The translations under genes were made by a program, and so were the position numbers. Positions 49,574 through 59,496 of a stretch of 64,000 nt of DNA are shown here, one piece after another (within the stretch, counting starts at the first letter, position 1; each line of letters begins with the position of its first letter). This stretch comes from an uncultured Bacillales bacterium (GTDB lineage Bacteria; Bacillota_I; Bacilli_A; RFN20; CAG-826): assembly GCA_902464635.1 (NCBI GenBank), contig CABQKC010000006.1, positions 16,240 to 80,239 on the forward strand, read 5' to 3'. Below the pieces are notes generated by a model. That model was given only the letters and a program-made list of their open reading frames with translations, had not been told where the DNA came from and did not search any database.

Positions 49574-49847
49574 ACAATTTATGCTAATGTAGATATATTT
49601 CTTGCTGCAAGGATAAGACAACGGTTTTTAATAACGTGAATTTTACTTTTTGCGATAAAACGTGGTTTTATTCTGAATAATTTAATAAAAAATAATAATT
49701 TCTTTTACTTTTGTTTTGCTTTTTTCGACTTTGGCAAAAACAAAAAATGATAATTTTCTACTAATGCTATATATTGAAGATTACTCGACAAAAAAGGAAA
49801 ATTTATAATATCTAGAAATGTTGGCTTTTAGCCAATTGAGGTAATTT

Positions 49848-51221
49848 ATGAAAAAATGGAAATTAATCTCCTGTTTATGCTTATTAGGAGCCGCTACTCT
49901 TGCTTCTTGTGGTGAAAACGGTGAAGAAGATCCGATTAAGTTTTTTGGTTGGGGTTCTGCTGAAGAGCAAGAAAATTTCCAAATTATGATTAATAATTTC
50001 ATGGAAGATAATCCTGGTGTAAGAGTCAAATATGAAGCCGTCAGTGCAACCAATTATTCTAAATTGCTTCAAAACAAATCAAAGAATCTTCCAGATGTTT
50101 TCTATATGCCTGATTATGACTTCCTTCAATGGGTTAGTGCCGGAAAGCTTCTAGATCTTTCTGAATATGTTACCGAAGATGATTTAAAAGACATTTGGCC
50201 AGTTGCCAAGACAATGTTTAGATATGATTCTGAGACCAAGCAACTTGGAAAAGGCGACGCTCTATATGGGCTTGCTAAAGATTTGGGTCCTTATAGCCTT
50301 GTTTATAACAAGACTGCGATGCTTAATATTATCAAAACCAAGAAATTAACTGGCAAAGACGGTAAAGAGCTTCAACTTCCAAGTGCGACTGATCCAATGA
50401 GTTGGGCTGAATTTGTTGAATATTTCTCAAAATTCAAAGATAACGAATATAACGCTTATCCTCTTGGCTATTATGAACCAATGCATGCTGTATATTCTAA
50501 TAATGCCGATTTCTGGAGCGAAGATACTAAAACATCTACTATCAATACAAAAAACTTCAAAGATGCAATCCAATGGATTGCCGATTTGAGCTTAAAACAC
50601 GGAATTGCTCCTAATGCCAAAGAAGCTAAATCAAGCAACGGTTACCAAAGATTCCTTAATCAAAAGTGTTTAGTTACATTCATGGGCCCTTGGGATCAAA
50701 AAGCGTATTGGAATTCAATTGATTTCGATTTTGATATCATGCCTACACCATATGGAACTGCCACTGGAGCAAAATCCACTTCTTGGATTGGCTCTGTTGC
50801 CATTAGCTGTCGTAAATTCAACAAGAATGAAACTAAAAGAAAAGAAGAATCTATTCGTTTGGCCAAATATCTAACTCTAGGAGAAAAATGTGCCAGACTT
50901 AATTATCAATTAGGGCAAGCCATGCCTAATTTAATGAGCATGGCCAAGACTGATTGGATCAATAATGTCGGATTAGAAGGAAGGCAAACCCTCCCAGAAC
51001 ATAAGAATGTCTGGCTAGATATTACAACTGGAAATGACAAGGTTACTTATCATAACCGCGCTAGATACTATCTATATTACAATTCTTCCTATGATGATTT
51101 GATTAGCAATATTGCCGATAATGTAAACACGGGCTTAAAAAGCGCTTCTGAATATCTAGATGAGTATTATTCTACTCACCAAGATTCCTTGGATGAGAAT
51201 GCAATTGCAATGCAAGATTAA
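49848..51221 (+). CDS. Sugar ABC transporter substrate-binding lipoprotein
   Basis: 457 aa. Lipobox LASCG. Family 1 extracellular solute-binding protein features. Confidence 0.85.
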   Translation: MKKWKLISCLCLLGAATLASCGENGEEDPIKFFGWGSAEEQENFQIMINNFMEDNPGVRVKYEAVSATNYSKLLQNKSKNLPDVFYMPDYDFLQWVSAGKLLDLSEYVTEDDLKDIWPVAKTMFRYDSETKQLGKGDALYGLAKDLGPYSLVYNKTAMLNIIKTKKLTGKDGKELQLPSATDPMSWAEFVEYFSKFKDNEYNAYPLGYYEPMHAVYSNNADFWSEDTKTSTINTKNFKDAIQWIADLSLKHGIAPNAKEAKSSNGYQRFLNQKCLVTFMGPWDQKAYWNSIDFDFDIMPTPYGTATGAKSTSWIGSVAISCRKFNKNETKRKEESIRLAKYLTLGEKCARLNYQLGQAMPNLMSMAKTDWINNVGLEGRQTLPEHKNVWLDITTGNDKVTYHNRARYYLYYNSSYDDLISNIADNVNTGLKSASEYLDEYYSTHQDSLDENAIAMQD

Positions 51222-51223
51222 TT

Positions 51224-52156
51224 ATGCGCGAGGAAATTTTAGATAAACTAAGGTTAGAAAATTACGCCTTAGAGAATTCGAAAAAGAAGGAAAAGCTTTC
51301 TAAAAGCGCGAAGAAAGAAGAAAGAACAGCTTTCTTATTCATTCTAGTTCCTTTAATTGGCTTTATTATTTTCACCCTAGTTTCATCTGGGTTTTCCATA
51401 TATCAATCTTTCACCGACTATAATCCGATTAGGGATAGCGGTAAGTGGGTTGGTTTTAATAACTACATCAACCTTTTTAAGAACAAGGATTTCATTAATG
51501 CGGTATCTAATACGGTTGTCTTGCTTTTATCAATTCCATTAGGGATAACCGCAGGATTGCTGCTAGCTGTTTATTTGAAGCAATTAGCACACGGGTCAAA
51601 GCTTTTGTCCTTGCTGTTCTATTTGCCTGCCGTTACTAGTGCTGTTTCAATCTGCGTTATTTGGCAATACATGTTCAATTATGAATATGGTTTGATCAAC
51701 AAGATGTTTAATCTTCATATCAACTGGTTTGATAATAACGATTTCTTCTTGATTAAGATTGCTATCTTTATAAAAGGTGTCTGGGGTGGCATGGGCGGAA
51801 CGATGATTCTATATGCTGCCGGGCTCAATAATGTCCCTGATGATTATTATGAATGTTCTGAAATCGATGGGGCATCTAGATGGCAACAATTCATGCATAT
51901 CACCGTTCCGATGGTTTCTCCTACTACTTTCTATTTAGTAGTAACCCAAATCATTTCTCACTTGCAGGCTTATGCCGATGCAGCAATATTTACTAAAGGT
52001 ACAAAACCTGCACAGACAATTATTTATTACATTTGGACATATGGTATAGAAGACGGGAAATATGGGATGGCTTCAGCAGCAGCTGTTAGCTTAGCCGTTG
52101 TTATTGCCTTAGTTACCATTATTCAATTCAAGAGGAGCAAGATGTTTGATATTTAA
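51224..52156 (+). CDS. Sugar ABC transporter permease (MalF/UgpA-like)
   Basis: 310 aa. Six TM helices. EAA-loop-like SEIDGASRWQQFMHITVP. Confidence 0.85.
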   Translation: MREEILDKLRLENYALENSKKKEKLSKSAKKEERTAFLFILVPLIGFIIFTLVSSGFSIYQSFTDYNPIRDSGKWVGFNNYINLFKNKDFINAVSNTVVLLLSIPLGITAGLLLAVYLKQLAHGSKLLSLLFYLPAVTSAVSICVIWQYMFNYEYGLINKMFNLHINWFDNNDFFLIKIAIFIKGVWGGMGGTMILYAAGLNNVPDDYYECSEIDGASRWQQFMHITVPMVSPTTFYLVVTQIISHLQAYADAAIFTKGTKPAQTIIYYIWTYGIEDGKYGMASAAAVSLAVVIALVTIIQFKRSKMFDI

Positions 52157-52158
52157 TT

Positions 52159-53097
52159 ATGGATAGAGTTGAGTTATTGAACAATGTTCCTTTGGCTCTT
52201 GCCCAAAGCGAAGAAGCATCAAATAGCAAGAAAAAGAAATTCGCGAGGTTTTCACGTTTTTCCACATCCGAAAAGATAATTTATATTGTTTCTACCGTAA
52301 TTGTCATTTTATTAGCCCTTACAATGCTTTTCCCATTCTATTGGATGTTTGCTAGTGCCTTAAAAAGCGTTGCTGAAAACATGTCCTTAGATTTAATCCT
52401 TTGGTCTGCTAATCCTAACTGGGGTGTATTTGAAAAGCTTTTCAACAAATATGATTTCGGTAGGGCTATTTTAAATACTGTTATCATTGAAATTAGCATT
52501 ATTCCGATTGGAACTTTTGTTTCTTCTTTAGCCGCCTTTGCTTTTGCTAAGATGCACTTTAGACATAAGAAAGCATTATTAATTACCATCATGGTTGGCA
52601 TGATGATTCCTTATAGCGCAGTCATGCTTCCCCAGTATAGAGCCTATGATTCAATGGGTTTAATTGGAACACTTTGGCCAATTATAATTCCTGGTCTATT
52701 TGGAAGAATTTCCATGATGTTCTTCCTTATTACTTATATGAAAGGTGCTATCCATGATTCTATTATCGAATCAGCAAAAATAGATGGATCATCTTTCTTT
52801 AGAATGTATTGGCAAATCGCACTCCCTTTAGCAAAAAATGCCATTTTTGCGCAGATAATTTTCTGGTTTGTAGGAATTTGGAATGACTATTTTGCACCTT
52901 CTTTATATCTAACAAACGAGAATATAAGGACTGTTCAAGTTGTTCTAAATCTATTAAATAGCGATACAGGCGGCAATCTTGAATTCCCTGTTATGATGGC
53001 CGGGGCTTTTGTTAGCTCGATACCTATGATTATCTTCTTCTTAATATTCAGGAACATGTTTGTGGGTTCCATTACGATGAGTGGGGTCAAAGAATAA
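52159..53097 (+). CDS. Sugar ABC transporter permease (MalG/UgpE-like)
   Basis: 312 aa. EAA loop ESAKIDGSSFFRMYWQIALPL. Confidence 0.85.
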   Translation: MDRVELLNNVPLALAQSEEASNSKKKKFARFSRFSTSEKIIYIVSTVIVILLALTMLFPFYWMFASALKSVAENMSLDLILWSANPNWGVFEKLFNKYDFGRAILNTVIIEISIIPIGTFVSSLAAFAFAKMHFRHKKALLITIMVGMMIPYSAVMLPQYRAYDSMGLIGTLWPIIIPGLFGRISMMFFLITYMKGAIHDSIIESAKIDGSSFFRMYWQIALPLAKNAIFAQIIFWFVGIWNDYFAPSLYLTNENIRTVQVVLNLLNSDTGGNLEFPVMMAGAFVSSIPMIIFFLIFRNMFVGSITMSGVKE

Positions 53098-55076
53098 TGA
53101 AGCACTGCAATCCGATAGATTTCAAAGAGAATAATTTCCGTGATTATGGAGATCCTTATGTTTTAAGGCATGACGGAACTTATTATTTATACTTTACCTC
53201 TGCCAATCCAGAAGGATTACCTAGGGTTTATTCTTCGCTTGATTTAATCAATTATGAAGATTTAGGTGAGATAACTAGTGATCCTAAAGCAATTTGTTCC
53301 TTTGCCCCGGAAGTTTTATATGCATTTGGTAAATTCTATATGGTTACTTCTCCTAGAGGGAATGGCCATTATGTATTTACTTCTGCTTCTCCAACTGGTC
53401 CATTTATTAGAATTACTGATAATATCAATTCGATGATTGATGGAAGCTTATTTGTATCTAAACAAGGTAAATTGCATTTTCTAAGAGCTTCTTCTAGCGG
53501 GACCATCATTTTAGATATGGATGAAAACGGGAATGTATCTAACCATCGTTTAGTTCCTTTATCTTTGGATGGCTGGACAGAAGGGCCATCGTTAATCAAT
53601 TATGAAGGGAAATATTATCTCTTCTATTGTGGCAACCATTATTGTGCAACTGGGTATAGGGTTAATTATGCCGTTTCTAGCCATTTAGATGGACCTTATG
53701 TTGATGGAATTAATAATCCTTTAATTATTAGCACGGATACTCCTATATCAAAATTAGGACATTCTAGTGAAGTTTTATCTCCGGACCTATGTTCTTATCT
53801 AATTTTCTATCACGGAATGGAAAATGCACCAGGTAGACATAAAAGAGTAGTTAACTTCGATAGGTTATTAATCAAGAATGGAAATGTAAGCACTTCCCCT
53901 ACTTTCTTTGAGGTAGAAAAATACCGTAAGCCTACAAATTCCTATAGGGGAAAAGATAAAGAAACTGTATTTAATTTTGATAAGACCGCTAAAAAAGAAT
54001 TTGTTTTAGAAGCCTTTATGGATGATAAGGCCATTATAGAATTAGGCAATGGTTATTCCTTATCTTTTGCAAATGGTTATATTTCCTTAATTCATGAAGG
54101 ACATGTAGTCGAAAAGTCTATAAATAATTTTGATTTTAATTATTCTCATACAGTTAGGATTGAGAATAAAAATAAGTTATATATCTATATCGACACAGCT
54201 AATGTTTCTTGTTTTGACCCTATCCTTCCTGGTGTTTTGGGTTACAAGAAAGAAAAAGGAAACCACATTGGATTCTTTGGTTATTCAAACATAGAAGATA
54301 ATCAATTTAAACATGTTATTCCTTGTTATTATTCTTCTGATTTCCTCAATAACGAAAATGGGAAGATTAATTTTGATTATGTTGCAAAAGACAAGACTAA
54401 TTATGAATTGTCTTTGTTATTAAATTGGAAAGAAGAAACCGTAATCAAGGTTAATGGGAAACCATATAAAATCGATTCTAATAAATCTGAATTTGCTTCA
54501 TTATTTGTTTCGTTAGGAACGATAGAATTAGAAAAAGAGGGGACCCTCTATATCGAATTCTATAAAAATAAGGTTCAAATAGTCGGTTTGAAACTAGAAG
54601 AAGTTAAATCTTTAGAATCTTATTCGAATTTCTCTAGCGAAGAGAAAATAGATAAATTCCAAATTAATGAAACCGAAGGAAATAACGAAATAAGCGTTAA
54701 GATTGTTAATAAAGGTTTTACCCCTTATTCAGAAGCAGGGATCTTGTTAAATGTAACTTTCTTTTCTAAAGATACGATTCAATGCAGACATCATTTAAAT
54801 GGTTTATTTGTAGGATTTAGGAATAAACTTCTAGTAATTGATGATTATAGATATAAGGCCACGAGGATTTTTGATAAGCCACTTCCTATCGAAGAGAATA
54901 AAGAATATTCATTAAGGGTTAGTTACAAAGATTCTTTATTAAATATCTATCTAGACGATTCCTTGGTGTTTAGCATTTATTATCCTTCGTTAAATACTTT
55001 TGGACGCGATGGACTTTATCGAAGCGAAAATTCTAATGTTGAATTTAGTGATTTCAAAGCAAGGAGGGTTTTATGA
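53097..55076 (+). CDS. GH43-family glycoside hydrolase (beta-xylosidase/alpha-L-arabinofuranosidase-like), cytoplasmic
   Basis: 659 aa. No signal peptide. YGDPYVLRHDGTYYLYFTS and WTEGP beta-propeller motifs. 1-nt overlap (TAATG) with the permease. Confidence 0.8.
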   Translation: MKHCNPIDFKENNFRDYGDPYVLRHDGTYYLYFTSANPEGLPRVYSSLDLINYEDLGEITSDPKAICSFAPEVLYAFGKFYMVTSPRGNGHYVFTSASPTGPFIRITDNINSMIDGSLFVSKQGKLHFLRASSSGTIILDMDENGNVSNHRLVPLSLDGWTEGPSLINYEGKYYLFYCGNHYCATGYRVNYAVSSHLDGPYVDGINNPLIISTDTPISKLGHSSEVLSPDLCSYLIFYHGMENAPGRHKRVVNFDRLLIKNGNVSTSPTFFEVEKYRKPTNSYRGKDKETVFNFDKTAKKEFVLEAFMDDKAIIELGNGYSLSFANGYISLIHEGHVVEKSINNFDFNYSHTVRIENKNKLYIYIDTANVSCFDPILPGVLGYKKEKGNHIGFFGYSNIEDNQFKHVIPCYYSSDFLNNENGKINFDYVAKDKTNYELSLLLNWKEETVIKVNGKPYKIDSNKSEFASLFVSLGTIELEKEGTLYIEFYKNKVQIVGLKLEEVKSLESYSNFSSEEKIDKFQINETEGNNEISVKIVNKGFTPYSEAGILLNVTFFSKDTIQCRHHLNGLFVGFRNKLLVIDDYRYKATRIFDKPLPIEENKEYSLRVSYKDSLLNIYLDDSLVFSIYYPSLNTFGRDGLYRSENSNVEFSDFKARRVL

Positions 55077-55204
55077 AAAGAAATGTTATTGTTGTAGCTG
55101 TTTGGGCCTCTTTGATTTTAGCAATCGTCCTATTTTGCTTGATTTATGTAATTGCTAAGGGTGCTACATCAACCGATTTAGCTATTTTTGGAGGCAATTT
55201 ATGA
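55073..55204 (+). CDS. Small 43-aa single-pass membrane protein, not in the ORF track
   Basis: MKRNVIVVAVWASLILAIVLFCLIYVIAKGATSTDLAIFGGNL. AAGGAGGG SD 5 nt upstream. Its ATG overlaps the GH43 stop (ATGA) and its TGA overlaps the ATG of the downstream lipoprotein gene (ATGA). Confidence 0.6.
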   Translation: MKRNVIVVAVWASLILAIVLFCLIYVIAKGATSTDLAIFGGNL

Positions 55205-57030
55205 AACGCAAACTACTTCTAATGATTTTGCTTTCTTCTTTACTTGCTTCCTGCGGGATAAAAGTAGATGACCCTTATATGGATAGCCATGACGCTTTCT
55301 CTTATAACGGCAATTTTGAAAACCCTGAATTAAATATTGATGGGAAAGATGACGAAGATGCCTGGAAAAGCGAATATGCTTCATCTACTTATTCAATAAC
55401 CTATCAATCAAAATCTGCTAATAACACAGAAAACCAAAGATATAGGGCTGATTTTAAGCTCTATAGAGGCAAAAAGGAACTATGTGTATTTGTTAAAGTT
55501 ACCGATCCAAACTTATTAACAGTTGGCAATGATAACGGTAATAACGTTTCCTTAAGCGACTCCGTAGAAATATATCTAGACACCCTTCTAAACGGAGGTG
55601 AGCGTCCTCAATCTGATGATTATCAAATTAATCTTGGAATCCATAATAAAACGCGTGTTCTTGTTGGAAATGGGTCTGGCTGGTCTTCTTGGACTGGCTT
55701 AGTCCAATATGAAGCCATTCTAAATGGCACAATGAATAAGGAAGGCGATGTAGATGAAGGTTATTCAATTGAAATGTCTATCCCTTATAAACAAATAGGA
55801 ATTGAACGTGATACTAAGATTGGAGTTGCTTTTGGATTGGTTGACAAATATTCATCAAAGACTACTAATTCGAAGATGTGGTATGGATTAACTTATAAAG
55901 GTAATTTCGCTAATCCACAAAAGCCAGATACCTATTTTATATACGATAAAAATAGCCTTTCTGTCCCTCCTGTTCCTACTTATGATGAAACAAAGGACAC
56001 CCATGAATATAAATTGGGTTATGGTAGCTTAAAAGCAGGAAAGACTACTTCTGCTAATCACCCAGAAATCGATATAGGCGTATTTAGAAAAGATGATGAA
56101 GTTGCCTTTAGATTAGACAACAAAGGGGCTGGATGGGGTGAAAATTCAGCTTATTGGTTCTATTTTGATGGCGGAGAATATGGGAAAACTGCTAGAGATG
56201 AGAACTCTTGGTGTATAAGACTTACTCCGGTTGGAGGAGTGACTAATTTCTTCTATTTAGGTGGTCCAAATCTAAATAAAGATGTTGCTAGCAAAAACAA
56301 GTTATCTGTAATGGTTAATGATAGATATATGTATCTTTGCTACTCATTGTCATTAATCAATGAAAAATATGTTTCTAAACCCATTGCGTTTGCTCTTGCT
56401 TCGGCTGATTTAACTACTCAAAAAGTAATGGTTACAATGACTAGCGAACATGTCAAGGCGAGCATGTCAAACCCATCTACATTCGCTTGGATTGATTCTA
56501 ATGGGGAATTATTCTCTAATGATTACAACCCAGAAAAAGATACGACTCCCTATTTGACTTCTGTTGGCTTAATTAAAGGCAATCCAGTTGATGTTTATAG
56601 GAAAGCAAGCGCCCTTAAATTAAGGGTTAAGGCCATCGACGAGACTTTAATGAGTAATTATTCAATCACCTTCTATTTCGACGCCTCTAGTAAGGATTCT
56701 ACTGCTAGAAATAACTCTACTTGGTGTTTAAGAATAAAACTAAAAGAAAAGACTGTTAAAGATTACTTTATGTTAGGCCCAGATAATAAAAACAAGGCTA
56801 TTTTGCAGGCTGGAATTACTTTAGAGGTATCTTCTGAATATCTGGTTGTTAGCTTGCCTTTAGATGGGGTTTCTTCCGCATACAAAGATAAGGACATTGG
56901 ATTTACCTGTTCTTTATTTAACCCTGAATTTACGAAACTAGATTCAACAATGAAAGCAAATGAAGTTCAGACCAATAATTCCAATCCATCTACATTTGTT
57001 TGGATTGATTCGGCTTCTAATTTGAAATAA
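55201..57030 (+). CDS. Lipoprotein with two CBM9-like carbohydrate-binding modules
   Basis: 609 aa. Lipobox LLASCG. CBM9-like IDGKDDEDAW start. Two homologous halves, each ending NPSTF(A/V)WIDS. Confidence 0.65.
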   Translation: MKRKLLLMILLSSLLASCGIKVDDPYMDSHDAFSYNGNFENPELNIDGKDDEDAWKSEYASSTYSITYQSKSANNTENQRYRADFKLYRGKKELCVFVKVTDPNLLTVGNDNGNNVSLSDSVEIYLDTLLNGGERPQSDDYQINLGIHNKTRVLVGNGSGWSSWTGLVQYEAILNGTMNKEGDVDEGYSIEMSIPYKQIGIERDTKIGVAFGLVDKYSSKTTNSKMWYGLTYKGNFANPQKPDTYFIYDKNSLSVPPVPTYDETKDTHEYKLGYGSLKAGKTTSANHPEIDIGVFRKDDEVAFRLDNKGAGWGENSAYWFYFDGGEYGKTARDENSWCIRLTPVGGVTNFFYLGGPNLNKDVASKNKLSVMVNDRYMYLCYSLSLINEKYVSKPIAFALASADLTTQKVMVTMTSEHVKASMSNPSTFAWIDSNGELFSNDYNPEKDTTPYLTSVGLIKGNPVDVYRKASALKLRVKAIDETLMSNYSITFYFDASSKDSTARNNSTWCLRIKLKEKTVKDYFMLGPDNKNKAILQAGITLEVSSEYLVVSLPLDGVSSAYKDKDIGFTCSLFNPEFTKLDSTMKANEVQTNNSNPSTFVWIDSASNLK

Positions 57031-57042
57031 AAGGAGAAAGAT

Positions 57043-59445
57043 ATGAAAAAAGGTGTATTAAGTTTAGCGTTTATTCCCCTACTTCTTTTGTCTTCTTGTG
57101 GCGAAGTCGATACAAATAGTGATGTTTGTTCTCTGACTGAATTAACTTCTTCTTTTCCTCGCGAAACGTATGATAATTCCTATGGAAAAGATAGGATTCC
57201 AGATTATTGGGATTCTTATGGTTGCGGCGATCCTTTTGTTTATAGATACGATGGGATGTATTACCTAATTGTTTCCACTAAATCTATGGAAACAGGCGTC
57301 ATGGGATGGAAGTCAAAAGACATGCTTACTTGGAAAAAAGTACAGGCTGAAGGACTTCCTGAAGGATATGTTTCAGTTGATGAATCTACTTTTACAGCAT
57401 ATGCCCCAGAAGTCATTTATAAAGATGGCTGGTTCTATATGTGTGAATCGAAAAGAGGCCAAGGTCATTATATATTGCGTTCTCGTTCCCCTGAGGGTCC
57501 ATTTGTTAAATACATTGACAATTTTGGCGAAAGAATTGATGGTGCTTTTTTCCTAGACGATGACGAAACTTTATATTTCCTTAGGGCTAATAACGACGGA
57601 ATCAGAATTAACAAAATGGATGATGATTTAAATATCATCGGAAAAGTTAATTTGGAGAATACAATGATCGGTGGATGGACTGAAGGTCCAGGTTTAATTA
57701 AGAAAGATGGTTTCTATTATTTAACATTTACGGGAACCGCAGTCACTTCTCCTGGATATAGAGTCGCCTATTCATATTTTGATTCAAATGTAACTGATAA
57801 AGCTATGTTCCGTAGGGGCGCGTTCCAATATGGATCTTGTATTTTGCTTAATACATCTAGCGAATATAACGGATTAGGACATAGTGCTTCTGTATTAGGC
57901 CCAAACATGGATTCCTACTACATGGTCTATCACGATTTAATTAGTTTAAACGGACCATATAGGCGTTTTAACATGGCCAGGATGTTGTTTAATGGATCTG
58001 AATTAGGTGTAAATCATCCTGAAAAGAAAGATAATCTAGTTCCTCAGATGCCTGACTTCTCTTCCTATAATAAAGAAGGGTTTGATTTAGAGAATGGCTT
58101 TGTTCTTTCTAATAAGTCTACCTCCAGTTATTTTACCGTTGAATTCAATACAAGAGGCGAAGGAAAGAAGATGGTTTTGTCTTATTCTTCTCCAACTGAT
58201 TATGCTTATGTAATTAATAATTCTAATAAGATTACTTTGCATCAAGTTAGCAATGGAAATGATAAGGTTTTAGCCTCTTCTACGTTAAATAAACAATATG
58301 ATTACGACTATTTGCATTCATATCGTATTCAATATAAAGATTCAAGATTTGCGCTTTATTTTGATTCGATGAAGAAGATTGATGTTACATTAGATGTAGC
58401 TTTAAAAAAAGGCAAAATCGGTTATGAAGAAGGAAACGATTATTCATTTACCGCATTCACGAATGACGCCTTTGATTCAAGTGAAAAAAGAGATTGGAAA
58501 CAAGATAAATTCTATGCCTCTGAATATGATGAAGATAAATCAACTTTCAAATCTAGTTTAATAAGAATTGAAAAGAGTGAAGCTGGGAACGGGGTTGATG
58601 GATCTAAAGCTGTTAGACTTAATAAAGGCGAAAGAGCTTCTTATAGAGTTTATCTAAATGAAGATAGCAATTATGGAATTGATTTAACTGTTCCTTATAC
58701 ATCCATGGGTAAATACATTGGTATAAGGTTAGATAATGGAAAAACCTATAAGTGTAAGATTCCTTCATATAGTTCTTTGGATGACGTTATTAAGGTTAAT
58801 ATTGGTCAAATAGAAGGAAGTAAAGGAACCCACTATCTCACCTTCTATGGTCTTGAAGACCGTGTCGAATTCATCAATGGCGAATTTTATAAGACTACAA
58901 ATAATAAATTGACATTTGAGAATGATTTGAAATCATTTGTTACTCATGGTGTTAATTACGTAAATATGTGGAAGATAAAATATGATGGTCATTATGCCTT
59001 AAGTGGCAATAGACAACTTCTATATATTGGCGATTCTACAATGAGAGATTATGAAGTCGAAGTCGATATGACTCTTGACGGAGAAACGCAGGCTACAAGT
59101 GCCGGAATATTGCTTAGGGGTTCAAATGCTGCCTTTGCTAGCTCTGATAGCGATGACTCAATTCAAGGCTTCTATTGTGGGTTAGGGAATTCGAGCGCGT
59201 CTATTAAGGAATGCAATTATGGCGATACCCTTTCCGGGCCTAGTGACGCTGGAATTAACTTGTTTCCAAGTGGGGAAAAGATACATCTTAAAGCAGTCGC
59301 GAAAGGCAATAATATCTCTTTATATATTAATGGTGAGTTATCTTTGACTTATCTAAGTTTAACTGGCCCAACCCATGGCCCTGCCGCTTTATATACTTGT
59401 GGAGCTGCTGCAGTATATCAAAACTTGAAGGTTACAATTCTATAA
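57043..59445 (+). CDS. Extracellular GH43-family glycoside hydrolase lipoprotein with C-terminal beta-sandwich domains
   Basis: 800 aa. Lipobox LLSSCG. GCGDPFVYRYDGMYYLIVST and WTEGPGL motifs. AAGGAGA SD. Confidence 0.8.
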   Translation: MKKGVLSLAFIPLLLLSSCGEVDTNSDVCSLTELTSSFPRETYDNSYGKDRIPDYWDSYGCGDPFVYRYDGMYYLIVSTKSMETGVMGWKSKDMLTWKKVQAEGLPEGYVSVDESTFTAYAPEVIYKDGWFYMCESKRGQGHYILRSRSPEGPFVKYIDNFGERIDGAFFLDDDETLYFLRANNDGIRINKMDDDLNIIGKVNLENTMIGGWTEGPGLIKKDGFYYLTFTGTAVTSPGYRVAYSYFDSNVTDKAMFRRGAFQYGSCILLNTSSEYNGLGHSASVLGPNMDSYYMVYHDLISLNGPYRRFNMARMLFNGSELGVNHPEKKDNLVPQMPDFSSYNKEGFDLENGFVLSNKSTSSYFTVEFNTRGEGKKMVLSYSSPTDYAYVINNSNKITLHQVSNGNDKVLASSTLNKQYDYDYLHSYRIQYKDSRFALYFDSMKKIDVTLDVALKKGKIGYEEGNDYSFTAFTNDAFDSSEKRDWKQDKFYASEYDEDKSTFKSSLIRIEKSEAGNGVDGSKAVRLNKGERASYRVYLNEDSNYGIDLTVPYTSMGKYIGIRLDNGKTYKCKIPSYSSLDDVIKVNIGQIEGSKGTHYLTFYGLEDRVEFINGEFYKTTNNKLTFENDLKSFVTHGVNYVNMWKIKYDGHYALSGNRQLLYIGDSTMRDYEVEVDMTLDGETQATSAGILLRGSNAAFASSDSDDSIQGFYCGLGNSSASIKECNYGDTLSGPSDAGINLFPSGEKIHLKAVAKGNNISLYINGELSLTYLSLTGPTHGPAALYTCGAAAVYQNLKVTIL

Positions 59446-59466
59446 CCGCACTACATTTCCTCCTTT

Positions 59467-59496
59467 ATAGGCCTTGCTTGCATGGCCTATTTTAAT
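59467..59496 (+). terminator. Rho-independent terminator after the GH43 lipoprotein gene
   Basis: ataggcc / ggcctat stem, loop ttgcttgcat, then tttta. Confidence 0.55.
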
